Shown: one piece after another, positions 40,173 through 50,017 of the stretch
How the letters are laid out: every line of letters starts with the position of its first letter
How positions within the stretch are numbered: the stretch's first letter is position 1
Virus record (IMG/VR): IMGVR_UViG_3300032007_000003
Span: 184,029 to 248,028 of that record
Length of the DNA: 64,000 bases
Source of the DNA: a virus
Lineage: Duplodnaviria; Heunggongvirae; Uroviricota; Caudoviricetes
Direction: 5' to 3' (one strand)
Position numbers and translations under genes: made by a program
The notes under the pieces: model-generated
What the model saw: the letters and a program-made list of their open reading frames with translations, nothing else
The model's database searches: none
What the model was told of the DNA's origin: nothing

Positions 40173-40592
40173 ATGGCGAACAATGTAAGAGTAAAGTACT
40201 TCCATGTTTATGGGATTGCGAAGACAGGACGGAAGAAGCATGTAGTTACTGTCGTAGGAAAGTTTGAGCAGTCACGAGAGAATACTGAGGTGACTGAGAT
40301 TGTTGACGTTGAGACAAAGCCAACAAACTTTGTCAAGGGTGAACTTAAGTATAAGGTTAAGCAGATGAAGAGAAAACTGACACTAGGTATGTCAATTTGT
40401 CACCCATCTGACACATTTGACGAAGAGGTTGGTGTAGAAATTGCAAAAGCTAGAATAGAAAAGGGTTATGACCTTGGTTCTATTGAGACCACAAATGTCA
40501 CAATGCTTACAGAAGATGCAATTATGGGAGAACTCCTTTGCAAATTAAACCATGTGATAGGTCATATAACTGAATATATCTCAGAAAATTAA
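40173..40592 (+). CDS. Hypothetical phage protein
   Basis: 139 aa with a GMSICHPSDTFDEEVGVEIAKARI motif. Confidence 0.6.
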   Translation: MANNVRVKYFHVYGIAKTGRKKHVVTVVGKFEQSRENTEVTEIVDVETKPTNFVKGELKYKVKQMKRKLTLGMSICHPSDTFDEEVGVEIAKARIEKGYDLGSIETTNVTMLTEDAIMGELLCKLNHVIGHITEYISEN

Positions 40593-40608
40593 TTAAAAAA
40601 ACTTAAAA

Positions 40609-40655
40609 ATTGGGGTAACATCTTGGTTATTCCAATTTTTTTTTGTATCTTTGCA
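40609..40655 (+). promoter_or_regulatory. Overlapping terminator hairpin and sigmaA-type promoter
   Basis: AATTGGGGTAAC...GTTATTCCAATT hairpin plus T run, running into TATCTTTGCA (40646-55); the -33-like CTTG lies in the hairpin. Confidence 0.65.
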
Positions 40656-40672
40656 CAAGATTGAAATTTATT

Positions 40673-40957
40673 ATGAATATGGCACATAATTTGCAAGGGG
40701 ATGTGAGGGAAATATATGTCTCAGATAGTAGTATCAAAGGTTCAAAGAACGTTTTGATTGTCTATGAAAGTGGGGACTTGGATTTGAAGTGGTGTTGTGA
40801 GAATGTAGTTGAACGCCAAGTATGCCCTATGTTTGTAAAGGTTGGTAGAGGTATGAAATTGGAATACGGTGAACCAAACCTATTTCAAATAAGACAAATG
40901 TTGCCATTTCAGAATGAACAAGGGGAACTTGAGCCTTGTTGGGAAAAGATTATGTGA
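40673..40957 (+). CDS. Hypothetical protein
   Basis: ATG 40673, downstream of the promoter. Confidence 0.55.
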   Translation: MNMAHNLQGDVREIYVSDSSIKGSKNVLIVYESGDLDLKWCCENVVERQVCPMFVKVGRGMKLEYGEPNLFQIRQMLPFQNEQGELEPCWEKIM

Positions 40958-41064
40958 TAGGTTATGCTATACAAGAATACATTAAAATTAGCACTAATAG
41001 GAATATTCTATTCAGTGTATTTTGTGAAGGATAAAATAATTAAGAGAAAAATATAAGATAGTTT

Positions 41065-42957
41065 ATGGGAAAAATTATTGGAATTGACCTTGGTACGTCA
41101 ACATCTTGCGTATCAGTATTTGAAGGTGGTCAGCCTACTGTTATTGTTAATAGTGAAGGTAATCGTACAACTCCATCAGTTGTAGGATTTAAGGATGGTG
41201 AGCGTAAGGTTGGTGATGCTGCACGAAGACAAGCAATTACTAACCCTAAGAATACTGTGTACGCTATCAAGCGTTTCATGGGTATGCCATTTGCTAACAT
41301 TGCAGATGAAGCAAAACGTGTAACTTACGATGTTGTTAATGAAGGTGGTTTTCCACGTGTAAGCATTGATAATCGCAAGTACACCCCTCAAGAGATTTCA
41401 GCAACCATATTGCAGAAAATGAAGAAGACAGCCGAGGACTATCTTGGTACTGAGGTGAGTGAAGCTGTGATTACGGTTCCAGCATACTTTAACGATGACC
41501 AACGTAAAGCTACTATGGAGGCTGGACAAATTGCTGGACTTAACGTAAAGCGTATCATAAATGAGCCAACTGCTGCTGCACTTGCTTATGGCATTGACAA
41601 GTCAGATAAGGACATGAATATCGTTGTGTATGATATCGGTGGTGGTACTTCAGATGTATCAATCCTTAACTTCGGTGGTGGTGTGTTCGAGGTTATTTCA
41701 ACCAATGGTGATTCACACCTTGGAGGTGAGGACTTTGACCAAGCAATCGTAAATTGGGTGGTTGAAGAGTTCAAGAAGCAAGAGGGTGCTGATGTAAGCA
41801 CTGACTCTATGGCTATGCAACGTATTAAGGAGGCTGCTGAAAAGGCTAAGATTGAGCTTTCTACTGCAATGTCAACTGAGATTAACTTGCCGTATTTGGC
41901 TCCAGTGAATGGAACTCCAAAGCACTTTGTTGCATCATTGTCACGTGCTAAGTTTGAGCAGTTGATTGAGCCTCTGTATAAGAAGCTTGTTGACCTTTGT
42001 AATGAGGCATTGAAGCTTTCTAAACTTGAGGTAAAGGATATTGACGAGGTTATCCTTGTTGGTGGTTCTACACGTATTCCAAAGGTTGTAGAGGCTGCAA
42101 AGAGCGTATTCCAAAAAGAGCCATCAAAGGCAGTTAATCCTGACGAGGCTGTATCTCTTGGTGCATGTATCCAAGGTGCTGTGCTTGGAGGTGAGGAAGG
42201 TGTTGGAGAAATCGTATTGCTTGATGTTACCCCTCTTAATCTTGGTATTGAGACTCTTGGTGGCGTTATGACAACACTTATCGATGCAAACTCTACCATT
42301 CCTTGCGATAAGGAACAAGTATTCTCAACCGCAGCAGATAATCAGACTGAGGTAACAATCAACCTCTTGCAAGGTAATCGCCCAATGGCTTCGCAAAATA
42401 AGTCAATTGGTAGGTTTAACTTGACTGGTATTCTTCCAGCAAAGCGTGGTATTCCTCAGATTGCAGTTAAGATTAGTATCAATGCTAATGGTATTATCGA
42501 AGTAAGTGCTACTGATAAGGGTACTGGAAAGGCACAATCAATCCGTGTAGAGGGTTCTAGTAGTCTTTCTAAGGAAGAGATTGAACGCATGAAAGCAGAG
42601 GCAGAGGCTAACGCTGAATCTGATAAGAAGGAGCGTGAAACTGCTGAAGCTGTCAACAAGGGTGATACAATTGTCTTCACACAAGAGAAGATGCTTGAGG
42701 AACAGAAGGATAATATCACTGAGGAAGAGAAAAATAAGATTGAGGAACTTATTGCTCAGATGAAGAGCGCTGTTAGCGCAAAGGACGTGAATAAGATTAC
42801 TGAAATTGAAGCATCTATTAATGAGGTATGGCAAAACGTTTCTCAGCGTGTTTATGGTCAGAATCAGCAGCAGAATACTGCACAACAGCCAAATGATTTT
42901 GACTCTGCTACAGCTTCCACAGAGGATGTACAAGATGCAGAATTCGAGGAAGTATAA
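41065..42957 (+). CDS. dnaK: Chaperone DnaK (Hsp70)
   Basis: [49 protein letters not shown]; C-terminal DAEFEEV. Confidence 0.97.
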   Translation: MGKIIGIDLGTSTSCVSVFEGGQPTVIVNSEGNRTTPSVVGFKDGERKVGDAARRQAITNPKNTVYAIKRFMGMPFANIADEAKRVTYDVVNEGGFPRVSIDNRKYTPQEISATILQKMKKTAEDYLGTEVSEAVITVPAYFNDDQRKATMEAGQIAGLNVKRIINEPTAAALAYGIDKSDKDMNIVVYDIGGGTSDVSILNFGGGVFEVISTNGDSHLGGEDFDQAIVNWVVEEFKKQEGADVSTDSMAMQRIKEAAEKAKIELSTAMSTEINLPYLAPVNGTPKHFVASLSRAKFEQLIEPLYKKLVDLCNEALKLSKLEVKDIDEVILVGGSTRIPKVVEAAKSVFQKEPSKAVNPDEAVSLGACIQGAVLGGEEGVGEIVLLDVTPLNLGIETLGGVMTTLIDANSTIPCDKEQVFSTAADNQTEVTINLLQGNRPMASQNKSIGRFNLTGILPAKRGIPQIAVKISINANGIIEVSATDKGTGKAQSIRVEGSSSLSKEEIERMKAEAEANAESDKKERETAEAVNKGDTIVFTQEKMLEEQKDNITEEEKNKIEELIAQMKSAVSAKDVNKITEIEASINEVWQNVSQRVYGQNQQQNTAQQPNDFDSATASTEDVQDAEFEEV

Positions 42958-42986
42958 GACTTGGCGAGGTTGTTAAAATATTTTTC

Positions 42987-43025
42987 AAATCTGAGGGACT
43001 TTACCCAACAAGTCTCTCAGATTTT
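42987..43025 (+). terminator. Hairpin/terminator after dnaK
   Basis: AAATCTGAGGGACTT...AAGTCTCTCAGATTT. Confidence 0.65.
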
Positions 43026-43035
43026 ATCGATTTTA

Positions 43036-43069
43036 TTTGGAAATTAAAAATAAAAACTATATCTTTGCA
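43036..43069 (+). promoter_or_regulatory. Bacteroidetes sigmaA-type promoter for dnaJ
   Basis: TTTG-N20-TATCTTTGCA. Confidence 0.75.
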
Positions 43070-43097
43070 AAAAGGTTTATAACTTAAGATAAGAATA

Positions 43098-44183
43098 ATG
43101 GTTGATACAAAGGATTATTATAAGATTCTTGGTGTTGATAAAAGTGCTTCTCAAGATGAAATTAAGAAAGCTTTTCGTAAGCTTAGTGTAAAGTGGCATC
43201 CAGACCGTAACAATGGTTCTAAGGAAGCTGAAGCTAAGTTTAAGGAAATAGCAGAAGCTTATGAGGTCTTGGGTGATGAGGCAAAGCGCAAAGAATATGA
43301 CAATCCTAAGAGTAAGTTTGAATTCCACACAAATGGAGGACCAGATTTTGCTCATATGAATATGGATGACATATTTAAGCATTTCCATATGCGTGGTAAT
43401 CCATTTGCAGATTTTGATTTTGGATTCAATCAACAGCAAGATAAACCAATCAAGGGTGGGAATATTAGAATCAACATGAAACTCACACTTGAAGAGGTTA
43501 TGAATGGGTGTACAAAGAAGATTAGGATTAAGAGATTTGAACCATGTACACATTGTAATGGTACTGGTATGACTGCCGAGTCTCGCAGAAAGACTTGTAA
43601 GACTTGTGGCGGTACTGGAACAGCCTTTGACCCAAATGGTTTTATGATACAGCGCAAGTGTCCTACTTGTGGTGGTAGTGGATATATAATTGAAAATCCA
43701 TGTAAATACTGTAATGGTCATGGCGTTGTTCAGAATTCAACATCAGAAATATCATTTACCATTCCAAGAGGTGTAGAAGATGGAATGCAGATTGAATATG
43801 CAGGTCTTGGTAATGCTTCGCCACATGGAAAGGGTACAAATGGTAGTTTAATTGTTACAATTGAAATTAAGGAACACGATGTATTTGAGAAACAAGGAAG
43901 AGACCTTGTGTTTGACCTTAATGTTAATGTTGTAGAAGCCATGCTTGGTTGTACAAAGGAAATCAACACCTTGGATGGTAAGACTATCAAAGTTAAGATT
44001 CCTCAAGGAACTAGCAGTGGCAGTGAGTTAAGATTTAAGGGATATGGATTACCTAGGTATGGTAATACGATTGGTTCACCAGGAAATATGATAGGTATTG
44101 TAAGCGTAACAGTACCGAAAACGCTTAATGACAATGAAAGAAAGCTCATAGAAGAGTTGAAAAAACAAGAACATTTCAAATAA
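43098..44183 (+). CDS. dnaJ: Chaperone DnaJ (class A)
   Basis: J-domain DYYKILGV...WHPDRN; G/F region; four CxxCxGxG repeats; C-terminal domains. Confidence 0.95.
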   Translation: MVDTKDYYKILGVDKSASQDEIKKAFRKLSVKWHPDRNNGSKEAEAKFKEIAEAYEVLGDEAKRKEYDNPKSKFEFHTNGGPDFAHMNMDDIFKHFHMRGNPFADFDFGFNQQQDKPIKGGNIRINMKLTLEEVMNGCTKKIRIKRFEPCTHCNGTGMTAESRRKTCKTCGGTGTAFDPNGFMIQRKCPTCGGSGYIIENPCKYCNGHGVVQNSTSEISFTIPRGVEDGMQIEYAGLGNASPHGKGTNGSLIVTIEIKEHDVFEKQGRDLVFDLNVNVVEAMLGCTKEINTLDGKTIKVKIPQGTSSGSELRFKGYGLPRYGNTIGSPGNMIGIVSVTVPKTLNDNERKLIEELKKQEHFK

Positions 44184-44198
44184 ACTTATTATATTTTT

Positions 44199-45266
44199 AT
44201 GGCAAAACAAGAGAAAGAAGAGCTTAAGGAAAGGAACTACACACGTTACGAGAAAAATGGTAACATGTATGAGCCTATAGGTGTCACAGAGGAAAGTCTA
44301 CCAAGTGGTTTCTATAAACCAGTTTGGGATAGATACAATGGCAGATATTTCTTCAGTAGTAAGGAAATTGTGATGCCTAAGTTGTATGTGCTACCTAATG
44401 AGATTCAGTTGAGTATCCTAGATGACATACAGAGATTTTGGAAGTCAGAGGAACGATACAGACAATTTGGACAAGTGTATAAGAGAAACATATTGCTGTA
44501 TTCACTTCCAGGAAATGGTAAGACCTCTCTTATCAACATCATCTGTAAAACTCTTATCGAGGATTATAACGGAATAGTTATCTGCATTGACAATACAGAC
44601 GAACTAAACAGCTATAGTGCTTGCATGGAGAGACTTAGGAGTATTGAGCCTAATCGTAGGGTGATTACTCTAATTGAGGACTTTGAGCGATTGGCAAGGG
44701 ATGATTATTATTCAGCCATGTTGCTACAGCTATTGGATGGTAACGGACAATTCGATAATGTCGTGACGATTGCAACGACAAACTATCCAGAGATTCTTGA
44801 GAAGAGATTCACATGCAGACCAAGTAGATTCAATCTCGTTATCGAGTATAAGAAGCCTAATGCTGATGCTAGAAGGGCATATATCGAGAATAAGCTTTCT
44901 GACAGTGGAATCGACATAACCGATGAAGGTGTTAAGAATGATATTGAGAGATATGTAAGGAAAACTGAGGGATATACCTTCGACTTCTTGAAAGAGGTTA
45001 TCCAAGGTATTTATGTTGACGGATTTACTGAGGTTCAGTTATTCGAGAGACTTGAGGACTTAATCAAGAAAGATGGTAAGGTGAAAGTAACCGAGGATGC
45101 TGCTAGGAAGATTGGTTTCAGCAACACTGGAGCAACAGAATCCAATGACTGCAAGGAAGCAGAAGAGGATTGTCCAGCAACTCCAGGAACCATAATCCAA
45201 GAGTCACCTTGTGTTCCACAAGCACCTTCTAGAAATAAGGTAAAGATTAGTGGTTTTGGAGGATGA
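44199..45266 (+). CDS. AAA+ ATPase (classic AAA clade, single module)
   Basis: Walker A LPGNGKT, Walker B LIEDFE, second region of homology TTNYPEIL...RPSRF. Confidence 0.85.
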   Translation: MAKQEKEELKERNYTRYEKNGNMYEPIGVTEESLPSGFYKPVWDRYNGRYFFSSKEIVMPKLYVLPNEIQLSILDDIQRFWKSEERYRQFGQVYKRNILLYSLPGNGKTSLINIICKTLIEDYNGIVICIDNTDELNSYSACMERLRSIEPNRRVITLIEDFERLARDDYYSAMLLQLLDGNGQFDNVVTIATTNYPEILEKRFTCRPSRFNLVIEYKKPNADARRAYIENKLSDSGIDITDEGVKNDIERYVRKTEGYTFDFLKEVIQGIYVDGFTEVQLFERLEDLIKKDGKVKVTEDAARKIGFSNTGATESNDCKEAEEDCPATPGTIIQESPCVPQAPSRNKVKISGFGG

Positions 45267-45868
45267 TTAACATAATAAAAGATGTTGATTTATTTGAGCA
45301 TGTAGACGAATATGAAGCTGTATTAATTGGGACTAATACTTATTGTACTATGTCCCAAGGAATACAGCTTAAAGTCATGTTAGAATATCCCTATGTATAT
45401 AATAAAAATCTAGAAACGAAATATGGCGACCCTGAGAAACTTGGGACAATTCTTGAATGTGAGCATGAAAAAGAGCCAAAATTTTGCCTTTGTTTCATTT
45501 ATGAAGGAAATTTCAGACCAGACATCAAGAAAGATTATTTGTCCTATGAAAGTCTTGAAAAATGTCTATCATTAGTTAATATTTTATATAAAGGTAAGAA
45601 TATTGCCACCACATTGCTAGGAGCAAGTCGTTTTGATGGAAACGGAGATAGGGATAAGATAATGGAGATATTCGAGAGGACATTAACTAACGTGAATGTT
45701 ACTGTATATGACTATTTTCAGAAGTCTAGAGCTGAGGAAATGAAAGAGGTGAGGGATAATGAGCTTGCTGTTAAAAAAGTCGATAGGGAAGCTTATTATC
45801 AAATGGTATCAGAACGAAAAAAGAAAGCAGATGAACGATTTAGGAAGAATGGGCACAGAAGGTACTAA
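45263..45868 (+). CDS. Macrodomain-like protein (Poa1p/DarG-like, divergent)
   Basis: DLF start; NTYCTMSQGIQ resembles NCxxxMGxGIA; KLGTI; YESLEKCL; IATTLLGA...GD resembles IAxPxIGxG..GGD. Confidence 0.55.
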   Translation: MINIIKDVDLFEHVDEYEAVLIGTNTYCTMSQGIQLKVMLEYPYVYNKNLETKYGDPEKLGTILECEHEKEPKFCLCFIYEGNFRPDIKKDYLSYESLEKCLSLVNILYKGKNIATTLLGASRFDGNGDRDKIMEIFERTLTNVNVTVYDYFQKSRAEEMKEVRDNELAVKKVDREAYYQMVSERKKKADERFRKNGHRRY

Positions 45869-46289
45869 GCTATTTTGGAAGTTATTTACAACTAGCATCC
45901 ATTGTAGGGGTGTATCTGACAAAGAGATTCAAAGCCACATTATGAATTTCAAACTCTTTATGTATTGGGCTAGAAAGCACAATAGGAAATTACAGATAAA
46001 GAGAATGTTCTTCCAACCACCTATGACCCCATACAAATTTATAGAGGAAATGCTAAAGATTGGTAAAGGATGGGTTAGGTATGGAAGAGAAGCATGCTAT
46101 GAGCCTAATGAAGTTGATTATGTTTGGAAAGAGATATTCCGTACAAAGTTTTGCTATGTTAGTGGAATACTTAATCCAAACGATAAAAACGATAAATTCA
46201 ATAGCCCATCTGAGGTAACAAAAAGACTATTGGACATTGAATACGATTGGAAATTATTTTTTGAAAAAGCAAAAATTGATTTAATATGA
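45831..46289 (+). CDS. Hypothetical protein
   Basis: Track ORF 45759..46289; likely start is ATG 45831 or 45849. Confidence 0.5.
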   Translation: MNDLGRMGTEGTKLFWKLFTTSIHCRGVSDKEIQSHIMNFKLFMYWARKHNRKLQIKRMFFQPPMTPYKFIEEMLKIGKGWVRYGREACYEPNEVDYVWKEIFRTKFCYVSGILNPNDKNDKFNSPSEVTKRLLDIEYDWKLFFEKAKIDLI

Positions 46290-46651
46290 TATTACACTTG
46301 AACTTAACAGAAGACCATTTAAAGTTGGTCAGATTCTTAAACATCGAGGACAAAGACGATGATGTGCTTACCATTAATAAGAAGGTAATGCTAACAATGC
46401 AGACTCATATCTTGGATGATGTGGCAATGATTCTAGGATTGAGGGATAAGGCAATTAAAAATACAAGTGAGGATGCAGATGGAAGTGCATATCCAGATGA
46501 TGTGGAGAAATACATGCTTGATACCTATCATTATGTATCTGATAATCTGTATTTGATTGAATCTCTTTTGCATCAAAGAGTTTTGGAAGGTGTTCAGAGT
46601 GGGCATTATAAAGCGAAGGATTCAGATTTAATTTGGGAAATTTGCCCATAA
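46286..46651 (+). CDS. Hypothetical protein
   Basis: 121 aa, ATGA overlap with the upstream stop. Confidence 0.6.
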   Translation: MILHLNLTEDHLKLVRFLNIEDKDDDVLTINKKVMLTMQTHILDDVAMILGLRDKAIKNTSEDADGSAYPDDVEKYMLDTYHYVSDNLYLIESLLHQRVLEGVQSGHYKAKDSDLIWEICP

Positions 46652-46701
46652 AAAGTATACTTTTCCGTTTACGATAATATTTATATTAAAATAGTATTAT
46701 T

Positions 46702-47610
46702 ATGAACGGAAAAAGAGATAATATTTACATTTATTTGTGGGAAGGGTTTAACACTATATATATAGGTAGGACAGTAAATCCAAAATCAAGACATCAAGCA
46801 CATAGAACAAGGGAAACTGAATCTACATATAAATTCAGTAGTGAGCATGGAGTTAAACACCCTAAGATGATTATTATTGAGAGTGATTTATCTGTTGAAG
46901 AAGGTGTTGAACGAGAAAAATATTGGATAAATGAGTATAGAGAACATAGTACTTATAATGTCTTAAATAAAACAAAAGGTGGAGAAGTAGGCGGCTCTAG
47001 TGGCGCTATAAAATGGACAAAAGATAATGTATTTGAAGAAGCCAAAAAATATAATTCTTTAAGTCAATTTAAATATAACAATAATAGTGCATATTCAACG
47101 GCACGACTTAATGGATGGTTAAAAGAAATGACTTGGTTTAAAAGACCAATATATATCAAATGGACAAAAGAAGCAACATTTGAAGAGGCTAAAAAATATC
47201 AAACTAGAAGAAACTTTGAAGTTGGTAGTAATAGTGCATATAATGTTGCGCTGAAGAATAGATGGCTAGACGAAATGCCTTGGTTAAAGATAGTTGGTCA
47301 TTATAAAAAATGGACAAAAGAATTGGTATTTGAAGAGTCTAAAAAATACTCTCATAGAAAACCATTTAAAGTTGGTAGTCCTGGTGCATATCGTGTTGCA
47401 TTAGATAATGGATGGCTTGATGAAATGTCTTGGCTTGCCCCTAAGTTAAAATGGAATAAAAACGCAGTGATTGAGGAATCGAAGAAATATAACAGTAGAG
47501 GAAGTTTTAAAAACGGTAATAAAAGCGCATATAATGCTGCTCTTAAAAATAGATGGATTGATGAAATGTTTTGGCTCAATAGAAATAATACACCGATTAA
47601 CAAAATTTAA
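46702..47610 (+). mobile_element. Free-standing GIY-YIG homing endonuclease with four tandem DNA-binding repeats
   Basis: IYIYLW...TIYIGRT...R...E nuclease domain; four ~48-aa KWTKE..FEEAKKY...AY..A..NGWLDEM.W repeats; own ATATTTATA motif at 46677. Confidence 0.75.
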
Positions 47611-47620
47611 GATTAAAAGT

Positions 47621-47653
47621 TTTGCCAAATCAAAGAAAAAACGTATATTTACA
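47621..47653 (+). promoter_or_regulatory. sigmaA-type promoter (variant) upstream of the infC-sigma operon
   Basis: TTTG-N19-TATATTTACA. Confidence 0.55.
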
Positions 47654-47674
47654 TCAGATAATGAACCTACGGCA

Positions 47675-47947
47675 TTGGCATTTACTGATTTTACGAAACC
47701 AATACCTACTTTGAGAGGTGAGGATGCTGAGAGGTTTATCAGAATAATGGAGGAAAACAATCGTAAGGCAGAAGAACGTGCGAAGATTCCCCCAACATTA
47801 GATGAACTTGAAAGAAGGTATGGTGTTAGCAAGATGGTTTTCGACATGCATAAGAGAGAACTCGAAGACGAAGAAAACAGATTAAAGAAATTAGAACAAG
47901 AAATTAAAAAAATAAAAGAAGAGAATGGCAAAACAGAAGAAGAATGA
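47675..47947 (+). CDS. Small coiled-coil hypothetical protein (probable TTG start)
   Basis: In frame with track ORF 47471..47947; the only plausible start downstream of the promoter is TTG 47675 (MAFTDFTKPIPTLRGEDAERF...). Confidence 0.5.
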   Translation: MAFTDFTKPIPTLRGEDAERFIRIMEENNRKAEERAKIPPTLDELERRYGVSKMVFDMHKRELEDEENRLKKLEQEIKKIKEENGKTEEE

Positions 47948-48461
47948 TTTTTCTTCAAAGTTCCGTGTGAACGATGAAATACGATTCAAGGGCAATGTTA
48001 GAATCGTAGGTGAGGGCATCGAGAGCAAAGTTGTAACGATGGCTGAAGCAAGTAAGATTGCCGATGAAATGGAATTAGATTTAGTTGAAATCCAAGGCAA
48101 CCTCGAAGTTCCAATCATTAGAATCTGTAACTATGAGAAGATGTTGTATGAGCTTAAGAAATCTGCAAAGAAGAATAAACAAAGTGCAAAACCTCTAAAG
48201 GAGATTCAGCTTAGTGTAAACATTGCAAAACACGATTTGGAAACTAAGGCTAATAATGCTCGTAAGTTTCTTGAAGATGGTAGCCGTGTTAGAGTAACAC
48301 TTTCAATGAAGGGACGTGAATTATCTAGAAGAGAGGAAAATAAGAAATCGATTCTTGAATTCATTGTTTTGTTGGAGGATGTGGCAGTACCAGAGGCTGC
48401 ACTGCGTGATGAAGGAAATAAAACAGTAGTGACATTAAAAAGAAAAAACAATTTTAAATAA
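47925..48461 (+). CDS. infC: Translation initiation factor IF3
   Basis: RVNDEI...VRIVGE...A..IADEMELDLVEI...PIIRICNYEKMLYELKK; KEIQLSVNIAKHDLETK...FLEDGSRVRVTLSMKGRE. Confidence 0.9.
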   Translation: MAKQKKNDFSSKFRVNDEIRFKGNVRIVGEGIESKVVTMAEASKIADEMELDLVEIQGNLEVPIIRICNYEKMLYELKKSAKKNKQSAKPLKEIQLSVNIAKHDLETKANNARKFLEDGSRVRVTLSMKGRELSRREENKKSILEFIVLLEDVAVPEAALRDEGNKTVVTLKRKNNFK

Positions 48462-48473
48462 TAAAAAAATTAG

Positions 48474-49379
48474 ATGGGTTACGTAATTAATCTTAAAGCT
48501 GACACTGGTCTTGTAGACCGTACTGAGAATACCATTAGATTTCTCAAGGATGTTAAGGATTATCCAACGTTAAGCAAGGAAGAGGCTATAGAGTGGTTTA
48601 AGAAATACAAATATGGCGATAAGAAGGAAAGTGACATGGCAAGAGATTATCTTATGTTATGCAATCAAAGATTAGTATTGGCAGCAGCTAAGAAATGGGC
48701 AAAGACCGATTCTTATATGGATTATGTCAATGAAGCTAATTTTGGTCTTCTTGAAGCAATTGAAAGGTTTGATATTAGTAAGGATGTAAAGTTCTCAACT
48801 TATGCAATGTGGTTTATTAAACGTGCGATTAACAAGTATATCTGTGGTGATTTGCAAGTTGTTAAACGACCAAACTTTTCTAAGACATTCCATGTAATTT
48901 CTAAAGCAACGAATGATTTTTTGCAGAACAATGAAAGAACACCAAGTCCAGAAGAGTTATTTGATATCGTCACATCAAAGTATGGAAAAGATATTAGAGA
49001 CAAGAATGATATCTTGGATTTGAAAGTTAGTTATGTGGATGAGTCATCCAACGATGATGATGAAAGTCCTAATTATGGGGACATGGCAGCTTATAATCGA
49101 GTGAGTGCATCATATAACGATTGTGAAGAGGATGAAACAAACGAATTCAACAAGAAGTTAGTTTCTTCATTACTTGGAAAGCTTTCACCACGTAAGCAGC
49201 AGATAATCAAGATGCGATTTGGTATGTATGAAGAGGATAACGGTCTCAGACGTGAATATGAACGTGAGGAAATTGGACAGATTCTTGGTTTGACCTCAGA
49301 ACGTGTAAGACAGCTTGAACTCTCTGCAATGGAAGAGATTAAAACTGAATATATTAAAACGATGGGAAAACTTAAGTAA
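48474..49379 (+). CDS. RNA polymerase sigma-70 factor, RpoD-like without region 1.1
   Basis: NQRLVLAAAKKW, EANFGLLEAIERFD, KFSTYAMWFIKRAI, region 4 EEIGQILGLTSERVRQLE. Confidence 0.9.
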   Translation: MGYVINLKADTGLVDRTENTIRFLKDVKDYPTLSKEEAIEWFKKYKYGDKKESDMARDYLMLCNQRLVLAAAKKWAKTDSYMDYVNEANFGLLEAIERFDISKDVKFSTYAMWFIKRAINKYICGDLQVVKRPNFSKTFHVISKATNDFLQNNERTPSPEELFDIVTSKYGKDIRDKNDILDLKVSYVDESSNDDDESPNYGDMAAYNRVSASYNDCEEDETNEFNKKLVSSLLGKLSPRKQQIIKMRFGMYEEDNGLRREYEREEIGQILGLTSERVRQLELSAMEEIKTEYIKTMGKLK

Positions 49380-49386
49380 TGTAAAA

Positions 49387-49418
49387 AAATGGGTGCTACA
49401 CTAGTGTAGCACCCATTT
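49387..49418. terminator. 32-bp perfect palindrome; bidirectional terminator
   Basis: AAATGGGTGCTACACT|AGTGTAGCACCCATTT between convergent genes. Confidence 0.8.
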
Positions 49419-49423
49419 ATATT

Positions 49424-49900
49424 TTATTTCACTGCAATTTGTCCTGCTGAAATCATCTTCTCTACTTTTGATGCGATATTTTTTGTCATTGGTCTTTCAC
49501 CGTTAATAATCTTTCTGAACTGAGATTGAGCACCCTCTTCAGTGTGGTCTGGGAATAACTCTCTTGCCACTGCTGCTATGTTTGTCTTTTCAGTGTCAAT
49601 AGTTGAGCGAATAGAGTTTGCGTCTCCCTTTGAGATTTTTCTATTCTTTTTCTCATAATCATCATAGTTATAATATTCCTTACCACCGCCAGCTTTTCTA
49701 CGTAGCTTCTTTTTAGGTGTATTATCTTTATCGTTATCCTTATGATGTTTTGTATGACCGAAGTATTTCTGAATAAGGTCTTGAACATCACTTTGGTTAT
49801 GGTGATGCGGCTTGTTTGTAGCAAACTCACCCATGAAGTCCTCATTGATTACCTTATTAATTGCTTCCGTTATAATTGCATTTACTCTCTTGCTATCCAT
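49424..49900 (-). CDS. Putative internal head protein with C-terminal Cro/XRE-like HTH
   Basis: N-terminal AIITEAINKVINE; C-terminal NIAAVARELF...SQFRKIINGERPMTKNIASKVEKMI; preceded by TATTTATA (49921-28, minus strand). Confidence 0.55.
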   Translation of the reverse strand: MDSKRVNAIITEAINKVINEDFMGEFATNKPHHHNQSDVQDLIQKYFGHTKHHKDNDKDNTPKKKLRRKAGGGKEYYNYDDYEKKNRKISKGDANSIRSTIDTEKTNIAAVARELFPDHTEEGAQSQFRKIINGERPMTKNIASKVEKMISAGQIAVK

Positions 49901-49957
49901 AATTTCTGTTAATTTCTTACTATAAATACATTTTTATTGTAAAAAAGTGCTAATTTC

Positions 49958-49991
49958 TTTGGTTATTCCAAATATTTTCCATATATTTGCA
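49958..49991 (+). promoter_or_regulatory. Bacteroidetes sigmaA-type promoter
   Basis: TTTG-N20-TATATTTGCA. Confidence 0.75.
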
Positions 49992-50017
49992 CAGATAACA
50001 AATAGGAGATAGAAACA

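Noticed and set aside
40988-41020. CIRCE-like site or RNA thermometer upstream of dnaK (TTAGCACT plus hairpin 40992-41017)
   Set aside because: Only the left half of CIRCE matches, the spacing is not 9 nt and the right arm is degenerate. The hairpin is AT-rich and far from the start codon.
41586-42299. 237-aa antisense ORF opposite dnaK
   Set aside because: Long antisense frames opposite hsp70 genes are a known codon-bias effect.
47471-47674. N-terminal 68 codons of track ORF 47471..47947
   Set aside because: They overlap the homing endonuclease in another frame and span a promoter; the real start is probably TTG 47675.
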